A stretch of DNA of 54,499 nt, counting the filler, from Sphacelaria rigidula (taxonomy: Eukaryota): assembly GCA_964200075.2 (NCBI GenBank). It is 5 parts of 5 records of this genome, joined end to end, with 100 filler letters (N's around TTAATTAATTAA, not from the genome) between each part and the next. Parts side by side here need not be neighbours in the genome. Positions count along the whole stretch, not along the records: positions 43,683 to 54,499 come from CAXNAA020005859.1; 4 more parts are not named here. One strand, 5' to 3'. The notes below the pieces were generated by a model. That model worked only from the letters and a program-made list of their open reading frames with translations, was not told the DNA's origin and ran no database searches. The position numbers and the translations under genes were made by a program. Below, piece after piece: positions 51,229 through 54,499 of this stretch (within the stretch, counting starts at the first letter, position 1; the number at the start of each line of letters is the position of its first letter).

Positions 51229-52505
51229 TATATATATATATATATACAAGAGGTTTGGCGGCTTCCGTCGCCACGCTCAATGAGATCGATAGCCAAGGTA
51301 CATGAGGACCGGTCATCGTTGCTCGCATTAGGTGACGGAACAGATCATAGCTTCAAGTGCAGTATATTGCGCTGTGTGCATATTATGGAGACCCGTGTCC
51401 CAGGGGCAGGGTATGAAGAAGAGGCTTAATGATGTTTTGACGATTGTACCGATACGGTAGAACGGGCAAAAGACTACCTCCACCGTCGAAAAACAGATAC
51501 GAAGACACTCATTTACGTTTTCCACCCGGGGACACAAGGACTTGCGATGGACACGCACGATTGTTCGCAACCATGAGTCCAGTACTATTGCTCCGCAGAA
51601 ACGCCCATCGTACGGAACAGGGTCCAGAAACAGCCACTGAAAAGGCATAAAATATCCATTCCCCCTCCTTCGTGGGCAACAACGAAGCAGGCAATACCTG
51701 CAATGTAGTGGATATATAAGAGAAACGGAAGAAGTAAGACAACAATCGACCAATAGTAGCGACCGATACCCACCAAAACACGGTAGACGACCGCGATTTC
51801 AACATGACAGACTATCCCGTCGTGCGAAAGTCGTCCATAAACAGCAAAGACCACTCGGCCAACAGTAGCGACCGATATCTCCCGAAACACGGACAACACC
51901 GGATTCAACATCACAGACATGACCCATTGTGCGAAACAGGCTCCAGAAATAGCAGGACAGTTGAGCACAACAACCGCAACGTGGCGTTTCTGCGGCTTCG
52001 CCGCCACGATCACTGGATCGACAGCCAAGGTACATATGCACTGGTGATAGCTATGTGCGTTGTGTAAGCTCATGGACTGAGCACGGTAGCAAATCTGGAT
52101 CATGGCCACTTTTATTGAGTGAAACTGATACCACTTCAACAGCTTGCCTAATTTTCGCCGACAAATGGTTAATGGAAAGCGGCGGGAAAAAAATGTCGTG
52201 TCTTCTGACTGTTTCATGAGCGTGATGCCAGTTCGATGTTCAAGAAATTGTTTTGTTTGTTTCGTTTCCAGCCCGAAGAGCAACATGGATGATGAGTATG
52301 TACGAAGGCTCTACATAACGCATCACAATCAAAAGTGAACCTGAGGAACTGACCGCCCCCGCAAACCAAGAACCCATATAGTGGCAACGAATTTGAGCAT
52401 TTGACCGACATGATAGGTTATCTGTTGGCAAATCGGCATCAGTTACTTGGACTTTACAAATTACAGCGTGGTCCAGATGACGTACCCTACCGGTCAAAGG
52501 ATTAA

Positions 52506-52665
52506 CCCTTTTGTGACGGGATCCCCAGAAACATGTGATATGCACGCAGGGACCTTTGCTTGAATCGACATCATTTTTAATCGTTTCCAACTGAAGATAT
52601 TACCGATTCATGGAAACGCCCCTGCGTTCAAACCGCATGTTTCTGGGATTCTGGTCCCAAAAGGG
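52506..52665. mobile_element. piggyBac-type MITE
   Basis: ~34-bp imperfect TIRs starting CCCTTTTG...CCCAGAAACATG, flanked by TTAA (left) and TTCA (right). Confidence 0.7.
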
Positions 52666-52780
52666 TTCAAGCAGTACAAATGAAGTGAAGTCAAGACCAT
52701 GATGCGATATTCATGCTGATACAGTAGTTGTGTGCCTTACGTGTAACACAGAAAGGAGGTAAACACAGGAAATTCTGTGG

Positions 52781-53305
52781 TGGTCGCCTTACTTTTGATC
52801 GCGAGAGGGGTTCAGCGGTCCCTTTCTCTCGTCGACCGTGAAACCGAATTCTGTCTACTCACGACAAACTGTAAACAATGTTTTCGTGAGATTGAGAATA
52901 GAAGATACGATTGAGAGTGAAAAGCAGTCAATTAGTCAATGAATCGTTTCAGCTCCGGAATGCCCATCCACGAGGCTCAAGATGCTCTCTGTACTGTAGG
53001 AGCTTGCCATTGAGACCCTTGATACCCCTGAGCAAGATATCGACGTGTAGCTGTATGCACACGTCAGTGCCAGAGGCGAAGAAAAGCAGGCACGGAATGA
53101 AAAACTGGCTTCGTTGAAGCGAATAGTCAACGCCACTATCAATCAGCGCTCTACTCTCAATCTCACGAACACATTGTAGTCGCCGTCCACTGTTGAACAT
53201 GGTGTGAGAAAAAAATTCCAGATCGTGTGACTGCACTGAGGTTCGAACCGATGACCCAACCGCCATAAGGTTTGGGGGTTACCAACTGAGCCACCCGAGC
53301 GACCG
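52781..53305 (-). mobile_element. tRNA-derived SINE copy interrupted by a MITE
   Basis: A-box TGGCTCAGTTGG and B-box GGTTCGAACC at 53240-53295; the body resumes at 52866 in register with the other copies (GCGACTA|TGTCGTG). Confidence 0.78.
52876..53176. mobile_element. MITE inserted in the SINE (possibly Tc1/mariner-type)
   Basis: ~27-bp TIRs CAATGT(T/G)TTCGTGAGATTGAGA(A/G)TAGA; TA follows the right end, left flank is degenerate. Confidence 0.75.
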
Positions 53306-53568
53306 TCTGACGACTAAAATATGAAAAATAGAAGCCGGCACCTCATGAAAAAACGCATGTATAGCAGAGCAGAAGCAGCAACAACAACAGCAGTCCAGAG
53401 ACAGGAAAAGGGAAGTACAGTCGAGACGATTCGACATGCGGGCAAGATCACAACATGCTTCCGGTGTGCGCCGAGATTGGTCGGAGAGTCGTTCCGCGAT
53501 TCAATTTTCAAATGACCTTTTATACGGGAAGAGGTGGTGGCATCTCCGGCGGTCAAAGGGTCACAAAG

Positions 53569-54005
53569 AGACCCCGTTTCGCCGTATTCTAAAAAGCAAG
53601 TGATAAAGTGCACCTGTCTCAGAACCTCTGGGAACGATTCTGACAGTCCTGTGTGCGGTGTGACATGGGCGCACGAAGGGTCTACCGCCATGGCGAGGAA
53701 AGAAGGTGGAAAACACCATGCAGAGCACTGCCGTGGAAGCGATGCTCTCGAAACCTCCTGAAGGGGAATTATGCAATGCTGCTTTGTCAGAGCTTGAGAT
53801 AACAAAATGACCCCGTTCGCTGTACTCTAGAATCAAGTAAGAGCAAATGCTCGCCTCTCTGAGCTTCTGAGGACGACCGAATGGCACCGTGTCGCCGTAC
53901 TCTAAAATCAAGTGTGAGCAAATGCTGGCCTCTCAGAGCTTGTGGGAACGACGGGATGCCCCAGTTTAGCCGTACTCTAAAACTAAGTGAAAAAAGTGCA
54001 CCTGC
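53569..54005. repeat. 75-bp minisatellite (3 tandem units plus one displaced copy)
   Basis: GC(C/T)GTACTCTA(A/G)AA recurs at ~53819, 53894 and 53969, with a related unit at ~53581. Confidence 0.75.
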
Positions 54006-54061
54006 ACCCAAGACTTTTCAACGGCGAAAAAATAAATGAATTAATTGATATATAAATATAT

Positions 54062-54400
54062 TTAAACTGTTCTTGGGATGCACACATCAAGAAAGTTATT
54101 GAAAACGGTAAGGCACAGATATGCGAGATGGACGTGATCCGAGATTCGCACCTAGATGCTAGGATTGAAAGATCTATCCTGATGAATGTGGTTGTACCAA
54201 AGCTGGAATGTGCAGAAGTATGGGAGGGGAACGCGAAGTTGGTGAAGAAGCGGGAAATAGTACAGATGGCAGCAGCTGAAAACATCCTTGGATGCTCGAA
54301 AACGACGAGTCATGCAGCATTGACAGCAGAGGTGGGGTTGTACCCACTCGAAACAACACGGTGATCAGCTATGTAAAAGGTTCATGAGCAGTGTAAGGAA
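54062..54400 (+). mobile_element. LINE reverse-transcriptase fragment, right part
   Basis: NCSWDAHIKKVIENGK...ILMNVVVPKLECAEVWEG...EIVQMAAAENILGCSKTTSHAALTAEVGLYPL is the post-RT region that directly follows YxYLGV in LINEs. Confidence 0.85.
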
Positions 54401-54499
54401 GGGGCTTGATGAGCGCCAAAATGTTGGAGGTGTCTCTATTAGAATAAGTACGCCCCCCCCTATGGTCTTATGACTATGTTATTAAGAATAGAGCAAAAA

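Noticed and set aside
53240..53305. tRNA gene (A and B boxes present; also at 4040-4110)
   Set aside because: No convincing cloverleaf, and the boxes run into a shared dispersed-repeat body; these are SINE heads.

Overview
Eukaryotic, intron-rich, repeat-laden genomic scaffold with roughly balanced GC. The short GT-AG exons, the LINE reverse-transcriptase style and the CPW-type ankyrin array suggest a brown alga (Phaeophyceae, Ectocarpus-like); this is inference, not a database result. Recognisable host genes are all partial in this assembly: a GAMT/Rmt2-like SAM methyltransferase exon (+, ~9.76-10.04 kb), GINS subunit Psf1 (-, four exons, 13.2-15.1 kb, N-terminus missing), a CCDC174 homologue (-, two exons, 23.8-25.0 kb), a signal-peptide first exon (+, 30.16 kb) and a possible WD40 exon (-, 35.05-35.35 kb). 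There is an intronless, decayed 27-aa ankyrin-like repeat array at 45.5-47.2 kb. The rest is transposon debris: a Gypsy integrase-chromodomain remnant, a hAT remnant, two LINE remnants (one split by a 2.8-kb nested insertion), a tRNA-derived SINE family, several MITEs with TIRs/TSDs, and mini/microsatellites. Four 100-bp N/TTAATTAATTAA linkers mark assembly gaps. The best leads are a 268-nt near-perfect foldback (miRNA/hpRNA candidate, 29098-29365) and the constant-scaffold/hypervariable-segment layout of the ankyrin array. No novel system can be demonstrated from sequence alone.
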